DNA of 64,000 bases from Mobula birostris (taxonomy: Eukaryota). The notes under the pieces are model-generated. The model made no database searches. It saw only the letters and a list, made by a program, of their open reading frames with translations, and had not been told where the DNA came from. Within the stretch, counting starts at the first letter, position 1. Each line of letters begins with the position of its first letter. Below are positions 1-12,350 of the stretch, one piece after another. The stretch covers positions 33,290,782 to 33,354,781 of the forward strand of contig NC_092377.1 in the NCBI RefSeq assembly GCF_030028105.1, written 5' to 3'. The translations under genes and the position numbers were made by a program.

Positions 1-634
1 AAAAAAATTTGTTTCTGGACCATCTTCTGTGGAAATGTTTTTAAAACATTATTCGTTATGCTAACAGGATGTTTTGTGGACTGAGAATGTTTTTTTTGTC
101 TCAGATACAATAACAAGTTATCAATAGGTAAGATTTCCTGCAGAAGTCCCACAGCTTTGATTCTACCATAGTTTTGCTGAACTTGGGTGCTGTTAAGAAC
201 ATAATATTTGGTCTGGTGCAAAGAGCAGGAAACCAGCCAGGGAAAGGGCATGAATAAAGTGGATTGAATGGTGCTCTGTTTATGAATAGCAAGGAGGTAT
301 TACAACTTGCAAAGAAAAAAGGATCCATGGTACAACTAGATGAGGTCAGTAGATACCCATGAAATTATACATCAACACAGAATCATAGCTTGCTTATCTT
401 CTTTGAAAGTTAAAATAAATTGCCGCTCCCAAGTGCATGTCTTATTTCAGCTGCTGGATGAGTTGAAATGTTATTAGCTATATTGTAGCTCATTGCCACT
501 TCTGCAAATATTTCCACTTCACTGCTCTTGATTCTATAATCTCCTGTGATTTACATTTCAGGCAAATGCAGAAGTACAGAACTTGGGAAGAACTTAGCCT
601 CCTCCCCATGTTTATGTTGGTCTTAAAAAGTTCT

Positions 635-760
635 TTTCCAGTTTTGATGAAGAGTTCTTAAACTGAAAGGTTGACTTTGTTTCTCTCCCTATGGGTGTTC
701 CCTGAGCTGCTGAATCCTACCGGCATTTTTGATTTGTTTCAGACTTCCAGAACTTGCAAC
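635..760 (+). mobile_element. Old degenerate Penelope-derived hammerhead repeat
   Basis: cagt-TTGATGA-agagttcttaaact-GAAA-ggttgact followed by the family tail (...gctgctga...cattttt...ttcagacttccag). Confidence 0.6.
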
Positions 761-1571
761 GATTCTGGTCTAAGCACAGTGGGACACACCAGGCTTGGTA
801 TATTTTGGCCAAATTAAGTGGATGCCCCAATTAGCAGAAGTATATTGGAAATAGTTAAATGATATAAAAAAAAAGACAAACTACCATTTAACTGTGTAAA
901 ACGTCAGCTGTAATAGGTGAATCGGCTCGGGCCAAATGCAGTGTTAGATCCTTGGACCTTGGAAACGGATGGGGAAGTGGGCACCACTGGTAAGTGCAAA
1001 GGTTTCATTTTGATGTAGGCATCCAAGGTGGATGGGGTTGTCAGGGAGCAGGGTGTAGTTACTGGATACAGAGTTAATTAAAGTGCATTTGTAAATAACT
1101 TGGAGATATTTCCAGGAGATAAGATACTGGAATTAAATGAGACATCAGAGAGAAAGGTAAAGGAAGAATAAAGCTGAGAGTCCAGTGTGTGATCTGGTGA
1201 TCAATACTGCATCATCATCAGAGTTCAGGACAACTGTTCCAAAGTAGGCAGAATGTACTCGTTGGTTTAGGCAGGTGGGTAGCTTGTGAAATAGCCTGCT
1301 GCTTCGCCCATGATACTGATTTCTTCCACTGTTTGGCCATGAGGCGCTCAGTACGGTGCCAGATGCTGCTTCGCCACTGGTTGTGGAGCAGAGATTCCCG
1401 GGATTCAGCTGGAACGGGATTCGCTGGTGGGGAGAGTTCAGTAATTTTATGAGGAGCCGCCATCTATAATCCAAGTATTAGTAAACTCCAAAAGTTTTGC
1501 TTTCGTTCGTTTTCTACATTACTGACAAGTATAGCTTTGTTTTTTATCCTTAACTGAACAACCTTTTTCAG

Positions 1572-1638
1572 ATGTTGCAGAAATCATTGAAAGAAACAAA
1601 AAACATGGGCTATTCAAGTCTGGTTCTATTACAAGCCG
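1572..1638 (+). CDS. CAMKMT: CAMKMT internal coding exon (phase 1 to phase 2): (N)VAEIIERNKKHGLFKSGSITS(R)
   Basis: Acceptor ctttttcag|AT and donor CG|gtaag; 67 nt. Peptide resembles the vertebrate CAMKMT segment [22 protein letters not shown]. The terminal CG joins C at 35229 to give CGC (Arg), in frame. Confidence 0.9.
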
Positions 1639-2699
1639 GTAAGATGCATTTTATTTTATTTATGTTACAGTTAACAAATTATCTGCTGTTTATTAATCCC
1701 ATAAAAGTGAGCATTGTGCTATGTGAGGCACCATTTAAGATTTATCAAAAAAACGACCATTTGATATAGAGAATATTTAAAATAGAATTCAATATATATG
1801 TGAAAGTGAGAGAAAATAATGACTGAAATAAAATGAGTACTTTTGACAAAAGAGGAGATATGATAGAGAGATGAGAAGCATTGAACTAAACTGGACCAAA
1901 CTGGGAAACCTGTTTTCTTGTGTGCCAGTATATGGTAGATATTGTCATTTCAGGAGGGGAAAGTAGAAAGTAAGGTTAATGTTCCAATTAGTTTCAACAG
2001 GAGGTTAACAAAGTATGATAGATTTCATCATTTTTTTCTGAAATTACAGTGGATTCAGATCCTTCCTTGAATTTTAAAGAGGAAAATGCTAAGACTGTGC
2101 ACCAAACGTTCATCAGTACATGCCAAGGCAGATTAATCCATTGCTGTGCAGTGTCCCAGTGACTTTTATGATAATCTGGGATCCTGATCAGCAGTCATCA
2201 AGGCCCAATTTATGCTGGATAGTCCTTGCATAAGCATTAGGTCTTTTACTTCATTGTCACAGCACAGGATATTCAAAGGAAAAGAAGGTGAATCTGGTGA
2301 CCAGAGAACCATGCAGGACAGAAATATGGAACAAGGAGTAATTGTGGATCTTTGGGAAAGGTTAAGATATGGGGTGCAGAGTGAGGTTTGAAGCTTGTAA
2401 TTGGAGATGGAAGAGCGTCCAATTGCCGCTTGGGGTTTGAGAACTCAGGGTTGCTGAATGAAACCAGGTAAATAAATAATTAAATGAATAAGCACGATTG
2501 GGAGGGCGAAAACTTAATACTGTATAAAAGAAAAGGTCTGATTTTTTTTTTACCCAAGCCTGCTACTGAATCCAGCAATGGAGTCTTGCAGGTTAGTCAC
2601 CCTTCTCAGCAGGGAGGGCTGCAGCATTTCAGTCAGGTGACCTTAATAAGAAATCAATATATTTCTCCATAAAGCTCTCAGAGATGGTAAGAGATAGTC

Positions 2700-3470
2700 C
2701 CAGTGCTGTCATCATCTGTGGCAGGGCTTAGATACCATAATGGGTCACAAAACAAAGTCAGGTAGAAATTCCAACAACAGCACAGCCATTCCAGATGAGC
2801 TTATAACATTCTATGCACATTTTGAACAGAAGGGACTGGGTTTGTCACCACCCACCCTAACAGACACAGGTGTACCTGAATCTTCACTCATCACCGCATA
2901 TGTAAGATCAATCTTCCAGTGGGGAAAACTGCAGAAACTATAAGACCTGGATGGTGTCTGTCACCATGTCCTTAGATCCTGTGTGGATCAAACTGGCAGG
3001 AGTATAGTCAGACTTTTTAAACCTCTCCCTGCTTCAGGCCGTAGTTCCCCTCTGCCTCTAAGAAGACCAATAACCAAAAAATCAAGACTACCGCCCAATG
3101 AGTCTAACATTTACCATCATGAAGTGCTTCAAGAGGCTGGTTATAACACTCATCAACTCCAGCTTTCCAGATAACCTTGACCCACTGCAATTTGCCTATT
3201 GTCAAAGCAGATCTATGACAGATGCCATCTCCCTGTCCTTAAACTCTCCTCTGAAGCATCTTGACAGTAAAGACACATAGATCAGACTACTGTTTATTGA
3301 CTACAGTTCTGCCTTCAATACTATTTTTCCAAGCAAACTCTTCACCAAAGTCTGGATCCTGGGAGTTGATGCTTCGCTCTGCAGCCAGATCCTTGACCTT
3401 CTGCCCAACAGACTGGAAACGGTAATGATAGACAGCGACACCTCCGCCATAACCTATTTGACTCTTGCCC
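2700..3470 (+). mobile_element. Rex-Babar (Rex1-like) LINE fragment, RT region
   Basis: Frameshifted peptides MKCFKRLV, LDPLQFAY, RSMTDAIS, RLLFIDYSSAFNTI. Confidence 0.85.
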
Positions 3471-3477
3471 TGGAGCA

Positions 3478-4200
3478 ACAACACAAAATGCTGGAGGAAC
3501 CCAGCAGGTCAGGCAGTATCTACCGAGAGAAATGAACGGTTGATGTTTTGGGCCAAGCGCCTTTATCAGGACTGAAGAGGAAGGTCAGAAGCCCAAATAG
3601 AAGGGTGGCAAGAGTGGGAGAAGCATGAGGTGGCAGGTAGTAGGTGAATCCATTTGAGAGTAAGAAAGTATAAAGAAAGGGAAGGGAGAAGAAGAGCAAA
3701 TGACGTCAGATGCTAGGAGGTGATACGTGGAAGAGGCTAATGGCTGAAGAAGAGGGAATCTGATAGGAGAGGACAGTAGACCATAGAATAATGGGAAGGA
3801 GGTGAGGAACCAAAGGAAAGAAGATGTAGGTGATGGGCGACTGGAAAGAGAAAGGGCGATGGGGTCAGAAGGAAGTAGAAAGGGTTTGGTTTGGGGAGAG
3901 AGGGGATGGTTACCAGAAGTTAGAGAAATCAATATTGATGCTGTCAATTTGGACACTACCAAGAAAGAATATGAGGTGTTTTTCTTCGAATCTGCATGTC
4001 TTTTCCTGCCCTCCCCTCACCTGGATTCAGCTATCAGCTGCCAGCTTGTGCTCCTCCCCCTCCCCCTCCATTTTTTTCTGGTTCCTACTCTCTTTCTTTC
4101 CAGTTCTGATGAAGGGTCTCAGCCCAACATGTAGACGGTTCATTTCCCTCCATAAATGTGATCTGACTGGTGTCTTCCAACATCTTCAGTACATGAGTTT
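3478..4200. mobile_element. Penelope-like element remnant, inverted (head-to-head) arrangement
   Basis: Minus arm about 3478-3995: family tail, decayed hammerhead CTGATAA..AAAACATC, purine-rich UTR, GIY-YIG C-terminal remnant. Plus arm about 3998-4200 has CTGATGA at 4106-4112 with GAAA lost. Confidence 0.75.
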
Positions 4201-6358
4201 TCTTGTTTGACTCTTACTCTGGGTGCCCATTTTCATTGGTATTAGATCCCACTGTCAGCTGAAGATGCGTAATACCCAAACCTATCTGCAACCCATCACT
4301 TAAGGGAAGCGCTGCTTCATATCTGGCCCACTAGCTGAAATTGTAGTTCTTGTGGAGATCCCCCAAAGAAATTGTTCCATGATTCGAGATCAGGCCCTAA
4401 GATGAGGTTACAGTGAAAACTGCTAGAAAATGTAAATGACATCAGGTTAACTCAGGACCTAGCTCAATATAATGGGCCAGTTAATGAATAATTAGCTAAT
4501 AGTCACTAGTTAGATGTTAGGTGAATGTCCACTGCAGTCTCCTTCATTGTGCCTTGAGGAAAAAAATGTAAGGAGAAAGCATGACTACGGCCAAGAAATA
4601 GAACGATTATTGATGCTAGAAAAAGATTCTAATCCAAGTAACTCAAATCTCAAGTTTAGGAGCATTATTTTGATTAACTTCTTGTACCAATGATTAAATT
4701 TTTTGTGTATATGCAGGGAAAAAATAGCTGATTACAATGTTTTAATCAGTTAAACAGGTTTTGATATCTGTGATAGCTTTAATACAATAGAGTTAGTAAT
4801 CTACTGGATAAATGCTTGACAGAGATAAAAAGTAATATCTTTAATCTCCTTTTACAGGCTTAATACCTGTCAAAAAGGATTTAATATTCAAAAGCCATTT
4901 TAATGTTTTAAATTTTATTCATATTAGCTCCTTGTTAGTGAATTGAACTGTGGAAATATCATTTTATGAAATTTTACTGCCTCATTAATTTAATCAGTGA
5001 TTTCTTTTTAAAAAGCAATCCAGTCCACACAGTTTTCTCCGATAAAATGATCTGTCTAGTTTCATATCAGTCAGATTAGTATCATTTAAAGCTGTGCCGA
5101 TTAAAACGGATACTGAATGCAGGATTTCTAGATAATCCACAGTAGATTATTCATCAATAGACCTGCAATAACACGGCTGTGCTTGCGTGAATAGTATCAT
5201 GGAATAACAATGCACTAAATTGTGATGTCTGTACTGAGAAATCTGTTGCACGCACCAGAAACTCCCTGGCATGGTTGAAACTCCCTACAACAGATCATAT
5301 AACTTGTGTCTTCAAATGCATAGATATTAGAGAGTGATTTTATATGCACAATCCTGGTCCAGTTTTGTTGTGAAGATTATTGGTAGCGAGCGTACCAATA
5401 CTTTGGATATTGTCTTCCAATCCACCAGAATTTCTTCAGAACTAATTACTTGATTTGACACCCAGATCAATATGTAGTCATATTGTTACTGAGCTGGTCA
5501 CGGAGGAATCTAACTACACAAAAATTTGGGGCAATGTATGCCAGCCGTTTTAGTCTGCGGATGGCAGGAGAACCAGAGGGAGATGACGGATATGAGAGAG
5601 GAAACAAGCTACTGGAAGAGGATTGAGTGTATTCTCTGAGTCAGCATATACACAGAGGGCTGAATGGTTTCCTGTTTTTATGAAAAATGGGAAAATACAC
5701 ACTATATCACTTAAGTCCATTAGTTTCTCACATTTTTGTCAGTAATTGTACTTCCTTGGTCTGATGGTATTGTATTAGTACGAATATTTTAAAAGTCACA
5801 GTAGGATACAGTGAGAGGGAGTTGAACATTTCTTGCAGAGTGATGGTTTCCCAGCAAAGCAGCTGAGGAGAAAAAGGAGCTAGTAAGTTCTCATTAGGAC
5901 TTGATATTCGGTTTATTGGCAGAGATGATGAATAAAGGGCACAACAAAATACAATCCTGTACTTCAAGGAAGGTTGGGGAATAATTTAATACAAAGTTGC
6001 ATAGTGAAGATGAAGGGTGAGGGAATATTTTGGATTTTGCTTGATACTTTTTCCAGGATAGAGATCATATCACAAACGTTTCTAGCATTGAACAGAGTGG
6101 GTTAGAAACCATAGTAAGGACTGGAAATCCAAGTGTGCTCAGATTAAGTGCAAGATGGGCTCTGTGCTAGTGGGCATAATAGTCATGGGTTTCTCACTAC
6201 GGGCAGAATAGCCAATCCATTCTTTAGGGAATAAAATCGTGCTCTCTGTGACTGAAGTGTGGAGAAATGGAGGTAAGGGACTGAATTAAAGATTGTTTAT
6301 TTTCATTCTTCAGTGCACAAGTTTAAGGAGAACGAAATGATTCAGAGCAGGACTTCAT

Positions 6359-6530
6359 AGCGGTTAACATAATGCAGTGATAGTGCCCGTGACCCATTTT
6401 AATTTCCCTCGCTCTCTGTAATGAGTTTGCCCATTCTCAGTGTGACCAGTTTCCTCCCACATTAGGTTAATAGGTTATTTGGTCACCTGGGTGTAATTGG
6501 GCCTGTTACCATGCTGTATCTCTATATAAA
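6359..6530 (+). mobile_element. Degenerate V-SINE (HE1-like)
   Basis: V-domain-like gagtttgcccattctc...gtttcctcccaca, then a short tail ending in ctgtatctctatataaa. Confidence 0.6.
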
Positions 6531-7277
6531 CAGCTGGGTGTGATGAAGACAATCAGGTTGTGTGGCTAGAGTGTGATCAATTATGTGAGAGGCTTTGTTG
6601 GGGTAACAGGCAAGTAATGTGGATGCAGGGTGTGTAGTTTGAGATTTAATCTACAAATGGACAGGGAAGTTCTGGCAAAAGCAGAGATCAGGTAAGTGTT
6701 GGTAATCATGCAAATACTGGGGATTGTGTGCAGGGAGTCACATTTGAGTAAGAGTCATGAGATGGTGTGCAAGTTGAAGCCTCTGTTGGCAGCCGTGGCA
6801 TTTGGAAAGTTGCTGAGCATTAGTACGTTGCTGGGCCATTTAAATCAAGATAAGAAATCGATGGTCTAGTGGTGGGTTTAGGAGAGTCAGGCTGAAGTTT
6901 GGGTTGTTGCTTGGACTATCTGAAGGCTTTGGGTGATAATTGGCATCTTGGAGCACTCAGGGATTGAAGTGCTTTGAAGATGGAAATTTTGTTAACTGGA
7001 GAGGAGAGGTTGGTGTGTAACCTTGCGAATGAAAGGTTAGGGGTTAGGCCTTAGCCAGCAGAATTCTGAATCAGTGTCAGTTGAAGCAGTCAATGGACAA
7101 GAAAGGAGACTCAGTATAGTGGAGTGGAGGGATGGAATGAAGGAAGCTAAGTACAGAGCATCGTTTGATACAGTCCCAGTTCAATCCTGCTCTGTGAAGA
7201 CCAACTTGCCCCAGAGTTGTCCAGTGGTTGTGGTTGCCACGACAAATTGGTCAGGATTGCTAATAAAAAATTACACA

Positions 7278-7325
7278 AATATATTCAGCACAGAGCTGTT
7301 GAATATATTCAGCACGGAGTTGCTG
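7278..7325 (+). repeat. 24-bp tandem duplication
   Basis: aatatattcagcacagagctgttg followed by aatatattcagcacggagttgctg. Confidence 0.85.
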
Positions 7326-9229
7326 AGTTGGCCAACGTTTTGCACTTTTGTTTCCTTATTTGATTAATATTTGACATAGAAATTGCTTCAGATGTGAAAG
7401 CTTGACAAAGGCAGGGAGTGTCGTCCTGAGTATTTGAAATGGTGAAGATGGTATGAAAATGGTCAATTTTTGCATTTCACTCTGTGGTTAAGTCTGCTCA
7501 TAATTGCTTACCACGGAAATAAATAATGCTTTGAATAGTATTTGAACAAGGTCTACATAATTTGCAGATTAAATATATCTTTGTAAGCTGTTTAATTAAT
7601 TGCCGTATATTATTTTACATATCACTCAGCAAATAATGATACAATTTCTTTGTATTGGTATGATACTGAAATATATTCTGATTTGTTCTTGAACTTCATG
7701 AATCATTTTGTTCCAAGTGGAAGACGTTAGTGTGTAAAAACAGAAATGCATTCCTATTTAAAGGATGAAAAGATCTAATTTTTTTCTTGTCGTAGTTGAT
7801 TTGTACCTTTTGATCCAATGTCCAACACAGACTCTGGATTCATGTAGAAAAACTTCTGAGTATCTGGAAGTGAATTCTCTTCACAGCTATAGAACAGTGG
7901 TTGTTTGAAGGAAGACAAAGTGTCCCAAGTATTACAGCACAATGCTGAGCACTCTGTTGCCCAGCAAAATGCAGCATTTTGCAGATGAGTGAAGTTGGTG
8001 ATAAATAACCAGTGATTATTAACACTCAGTACACAGAATTATGTCTTGTGGAAGCACTATTTCTCAACAATTTTCTTTTCTCGGTATGAGGTTGAAATGT
8101 ATTATTCACCAGTGCCAAATATTTAAATATTCTATCACGCTCATGTAACCTTAAACATTGGAAATCAATGTCAGGGAAAAAGCTGTTTAATAAAAAAGGA
8201 AGAATCAGCATGCTACAGAGTAATTATATGTTTACTTTCCCAGTTTATTCAAATGTGCATAATCAACAATTTCATTTTAGATCATTTCACTCAGAAATCA
8301 TTTGCAAGAATTTTTTCCTAATTCTGTTTCAGAGTAAATTGTGCATCCTGCCACAATGTGACTGTTTAGCCAACAGAATTTGAGGCAATGAAATGAACAT
8401 AATTGAAAAAATGAAATTCTTTCAATGTCAGTTTTAGGAAACGTTAACAGTATGCAAGTTATCTAGAGCACTCTAGAGAGTTTACTCAATTTTGCTGGTA
8501 AGTACAGATAATTCTGCATGGAGGTGCCAGCATTTCTCAGTAAATGTGCTGTTATGTTTTGGAACAAATGCGCTTCTCGTGGAGTCCAGTGGCAAGCTAT
8601 GACTTGCTGGGGAATTGGATCATATTGGATTGTTGTGACATAAAAGTTGGCCATTCTGCCCATTTAGTTTTTGCTGCTGCTTTTTAGATCAATTCCATCA
8701 GTCCTGAAAATTAGATTTTCAAATGCCTATCCAATTCCCTTTTGAAACTCCTGATTAACTCTGTTGCACCATCTATCTAGGTAATAAGTTCAAGTAAAGT
8801 TTTTCCTGACATCCTTCTTGCCTATTTTGCCCAAGATTTTGAATTTGTGCCCTTAATCTTTGAACCATCTGCTAGTCCATAACTGTCAACATATCAGTCA
8901 TGCTCCTGCATCCATCTATCAAATATTGTCTCAGTCTTCTTTGCTTCAAGAGGAGCTAGCCTCGTTCAGTCTATCCCTATTGCTGAATTTCCTTATCCCT
9001 GGAACTCCAATATAAATCTTTCCTTCACTGTCTCCAGGACCTCTCCATCTTCATGAAATAAAGAGACAGTAACTGGATGGAATACGTCTGTTGTGGTTTT
9101 ACTACTGTTTCATATGGGTTCAACATAACTTGCTTGATTTTTCTACTTGCATGATTCCCAGGAACCCAATAAAGTCAAGGGAAAAACATATAATTGTTGA
9201 TTTCATAAGCAAGACAAAAGAACATGGTT

Positions 9230-10010
9230 CTGGTTGTTAGAGGGCAAACATTCCAATGTCAGGGTGTCACTACCAGAGTTCCATAAGACAGTGTCCTAGA
9301 CCCAGCTATTTTCAGCTGTTTTATCGATGGCCCTTTTGCATCAAAGATCAAGAGTGGGGCTGCTTGCTGACTATGCAATGTTTGATTATATTTGCAAATC
9401 CATGCCTGCATGCAATAAGGCTTAAATTCAGGCTTGAGCAGATAAGTAGAAAATAACATCTGTACCATAGATGGCAGATAATGACAGCCCTGACAAGAGG
9501 GTTTAACCACCTTTCTTTAATAATCAATGGTATTATCATAGTCAAGACCTCTGCCATCATCATCCAAAGGGCCATCACTGGTCAGAAATCCAACCTGCAG
9601 CATTCACCTGAGTAAGTGTGGCTCCATGAGCAAGTCAGAGGTGGACTGTCTTGTGGTGAGCGATTAATTTCCTGATACCTCCAATGTTTTCCCAACATCA
9701 GCACGACAAAAGTGATGGAGTATTCTCGACTTTTGCAATAAGTGGTCTTCCAACAACACTTAAGAAGCTCAACAACACCCAGGACACTTGATGTTGCACC
9801 ACTCATCACCCCAAATGTTCATTGTGTCCATTACCATCCATCGTTACTTGCATAAGCTTCTCTGACATCACCTCTGGAAAAGCTGGAGAGATTAAGAATC
9901 AAGTGGAGGGCAAGAACAGCAGGTGCAGAGTGATATACCTGCAGGTTCCCTTCCTGACAGAAGTATTTCTTTATTATTGCTGTAATTAATTCCTGATGCT
10001 CCCCCTCCAT
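9230..10010 (+). mobile_element. Old non-LTR retrotransposon 3' fragment (clade not assigned)
   Basis: Decayed RT-like GVP(Q)GSVLGP region near 9280 and downstream sequence shared in opposite orientation with about 30400-31035. Confidence 0.5.
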
Positions 10011-10068
10011 CATTTATGTTTCGAAAGTCCCAGGCAATGACAAAAGACACCTTCCTTTGATATTTAAC

Positions 10069-10753
10069 TGTAGCCCCCTGGTAAGCCTCCGGCTCGCTTT
10101 CGTCGAGGGAGAGCAGCCTTCGGCCCTGCCAAACTGGGTAATCAAGTTTGTGTGGATGCTGTGTGATGTACCCCACTCCGCTAAATAACAGACAATACAC
10201 CATGTGCAATTAAATGATTACTCTTTATAGATCTTACTGGAACTATGTAATTAATAGAGATAAAATATAAAAGGAAAGTTAAAAAGTGCCAAACTTATCA
10301 ATGTTCAACCACTTCGTGCACACGGTTGGAGCCCAATTAACAGAGTCTTCTTTCCACCATTCAAACCCCTCCGATCTCCTTGACCCGCCACCTGGGACCA
10401 ACCACAGTGGTCGACCAGACGCTCCGCACTAGTCTGTCTTAGTCTCCTGTCCTCACCGAAGACCCTGGGCCTCAGACTCCCGCTCGGGGTCCGTCCTGCC
10501 GCCCAGCTTACAGCATCGCGTCTCCTCTCTCTGTCTCCATTGCCGTCTGCCCCAAAGCCCGCGAAACAATAGCTTACAGACACACTGGAGAGAATAACAT
10601 CTATCCCAATTGGTTAACAAATGAATACAATGCTCTTATCAGTAAAATAACACAAACAAGCTGCAAAAGAGAAGCACTTTCTCAGCAGTTAACATAACAA
10701 AGAAGCCATTTTTGTTAGCCTTAGCAGTAACATAAAAGAAGAAACCTCTTACA
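10069..10753 (-). mobile_element. Solo LTR (about 685 bp, Gypsy/ERV-type)
   Basis: TGTA...TACA termini, flanked by TAAC/TAAT (4-bp TSD, 1 mismatch). CpG-rich interior in AT-rich surroundings, CCAAT motifs, no coding remnant. Orientation is inferred. Confidence 0.8.
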
Positions 10754-10759
10754 TAATAA

Positions 10760-12350
10760 TATAAGAATATAATAAATAAGAGTAAGGATAGGCTATTTGG
10801 CCCTTTCAGCTCTCCCTATCATTCAGAGCCCTCTGGGTTAAAAAAAATATTTGCAACCCTCTAAATGAAGAAATTTCCACTCATCTCTCTGTTTGATGGC
10901 CTACCTTGGCCAACTATGTTTCTGCATCCACCCTACTGAGCTCTGTAGGAATTTTATTCACTTCTCTTCACATTCTTCGAAATTTGAATGAATGAAGGTC
11001 TTGTGTCTTTCTTCTCTTCACATACACCTAACGTGGATTCCAGAAATCATTCTGTGAATCTTCATTGCAACTCTCTCTCTATGACAGGTGTATCCATTTT
11101 TTGGTAAGGAGACTAAAACTGCACACAATTCTTTAGGTGCCACCTCACCAAGTTGCTGTATTATTGTACATTTACTCAAGCTCTCTCATAACAAAGGCTA
11201 ACATACCCTTTGCTTTACTGAGTTTAAAGTTTGATTTTCAATGATTTGTTTACATCAACAACTCCATCCATTGAACAGTCTATCACATTTTTAAAAAATC
11301 AGCTTTTCTGTTTGGTGTCCCAAGTAGTTGACATTACATTTGTTTGAAATTGTATTCCATCTGAGATATTCTTATCTACTCATTCAGCTTGTCAAAGTCC
11401 TTGAGCACTCTTTACATCCTTCTTACTCATCACATGCCTACTTTTGTATCATCAGCAAACTTGGAAACAAGGTATTTGTTTCTCTTAGTCAAATGTAAAT
11501 TGACTGTAGATTTTGAATAGTGAGGCTTGAACCTACTAATCTCAGCCTGCCAACCTGAGAAAGATCTGTTTACTCCCATGCTTTGTTTTCTATTTCTGAA
11601 CCAATTCTCATTCGACCCCAGTATATTACCCCAAATTCATGTGCTGTAACCTTTTTGATGACTTCTTTTGTGCAATCTAAAAGATTATTTTGAATGAAAA
11701 TGTACACCACATCCACTGGTTTCTCCTTATCTATTTTAACTGTCACATCCTTAATGAACTCCAGTAATCAGTTGAATATGATTTCTCTTTCATAGATCTA
11801 TGGTGGCTCTACCTTCTATTATTCTTCAGTAGATATTATCATATTCTTCATTATAGTTTCCCACAATTTCTTTCCTACTTATATTAGGCTAACAAGTTGT
11901 TATTCCTAGTTTTCTCTCTCCCTCCTTTCTTAAATAGAGAAGTCACATTTAGTAACCTCCAATCAGCGGGATCCATTGTGGAACCTAAAAAAAAATTAAC
12001 TACGATAAGCATCCGCTATCTCTGGAATTATGAATTTTAAGAACTCTGGATTGTTGATCGTCAGATCCTTAGGACTTGTCTGTTTTCAGTCTCACCATCT
12101 CCTCTTGGACTTTTTATTTAAACTAATAACAATAATCTTCAGTTCCTCTTCCTAGAGATGCTGCCTGGCCTGCTGCATTCACCAGCAACTTTGATGTGTG
12201 TTTCTTCAGTTCCTTGTTCTTGCTGGGTACTTGGTTTCATAGATTTTTTTCTGACAGGACTTTTGTTAAATTTTGTGAAGACAGGCGCAAAATATTTGTT
12301 TTGCTCTTGCTAGTCTTCTTCACAAACTTTAGAAGCTTCTACAAACAAGT
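10760..12350 (-). mobile_element. Old CR1 LINE, 3' part of ORF2 plus tail
   Basis: CR1-type tail at the left end and decayed RT motifs, e.g. KFADDTK as the reverse complement of ttttgtatcatcagcaaactt at about 11442-11462. Confidence 0.75.
12148..12202 (+). mobile_element. 55-bp truncated insertion of the hammerhead-family tail
   Basis: 12-bp TSD TCTTCAGTTCCT (12136-12147 / 12203-12214). Insert is identical to part of 25029-25084. Confidence 0.9.

Noticed and set aside
900-1470. Minus-strand ORFs of 81 and 109 aa next to an AGATGGCGG motif
   Set aside because: No recognisable domain or splice structure. Probably the 5' end of an old LINE, but I cannot assign it.
1572-1769. 65-aa ORF starting at the ATG at 1572
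   Set aside because: The ATG is out of frame at the exon start. The real frame is AT GTT GCA... and the exon ends at the donor at 1639.
6530-7250. Purine/G-rich decayed segment (also about 1880-2700)
   Set aside because: Looks like an ancient minus-strand LINE (possibly L2), but motifs are too degraded to support a call.
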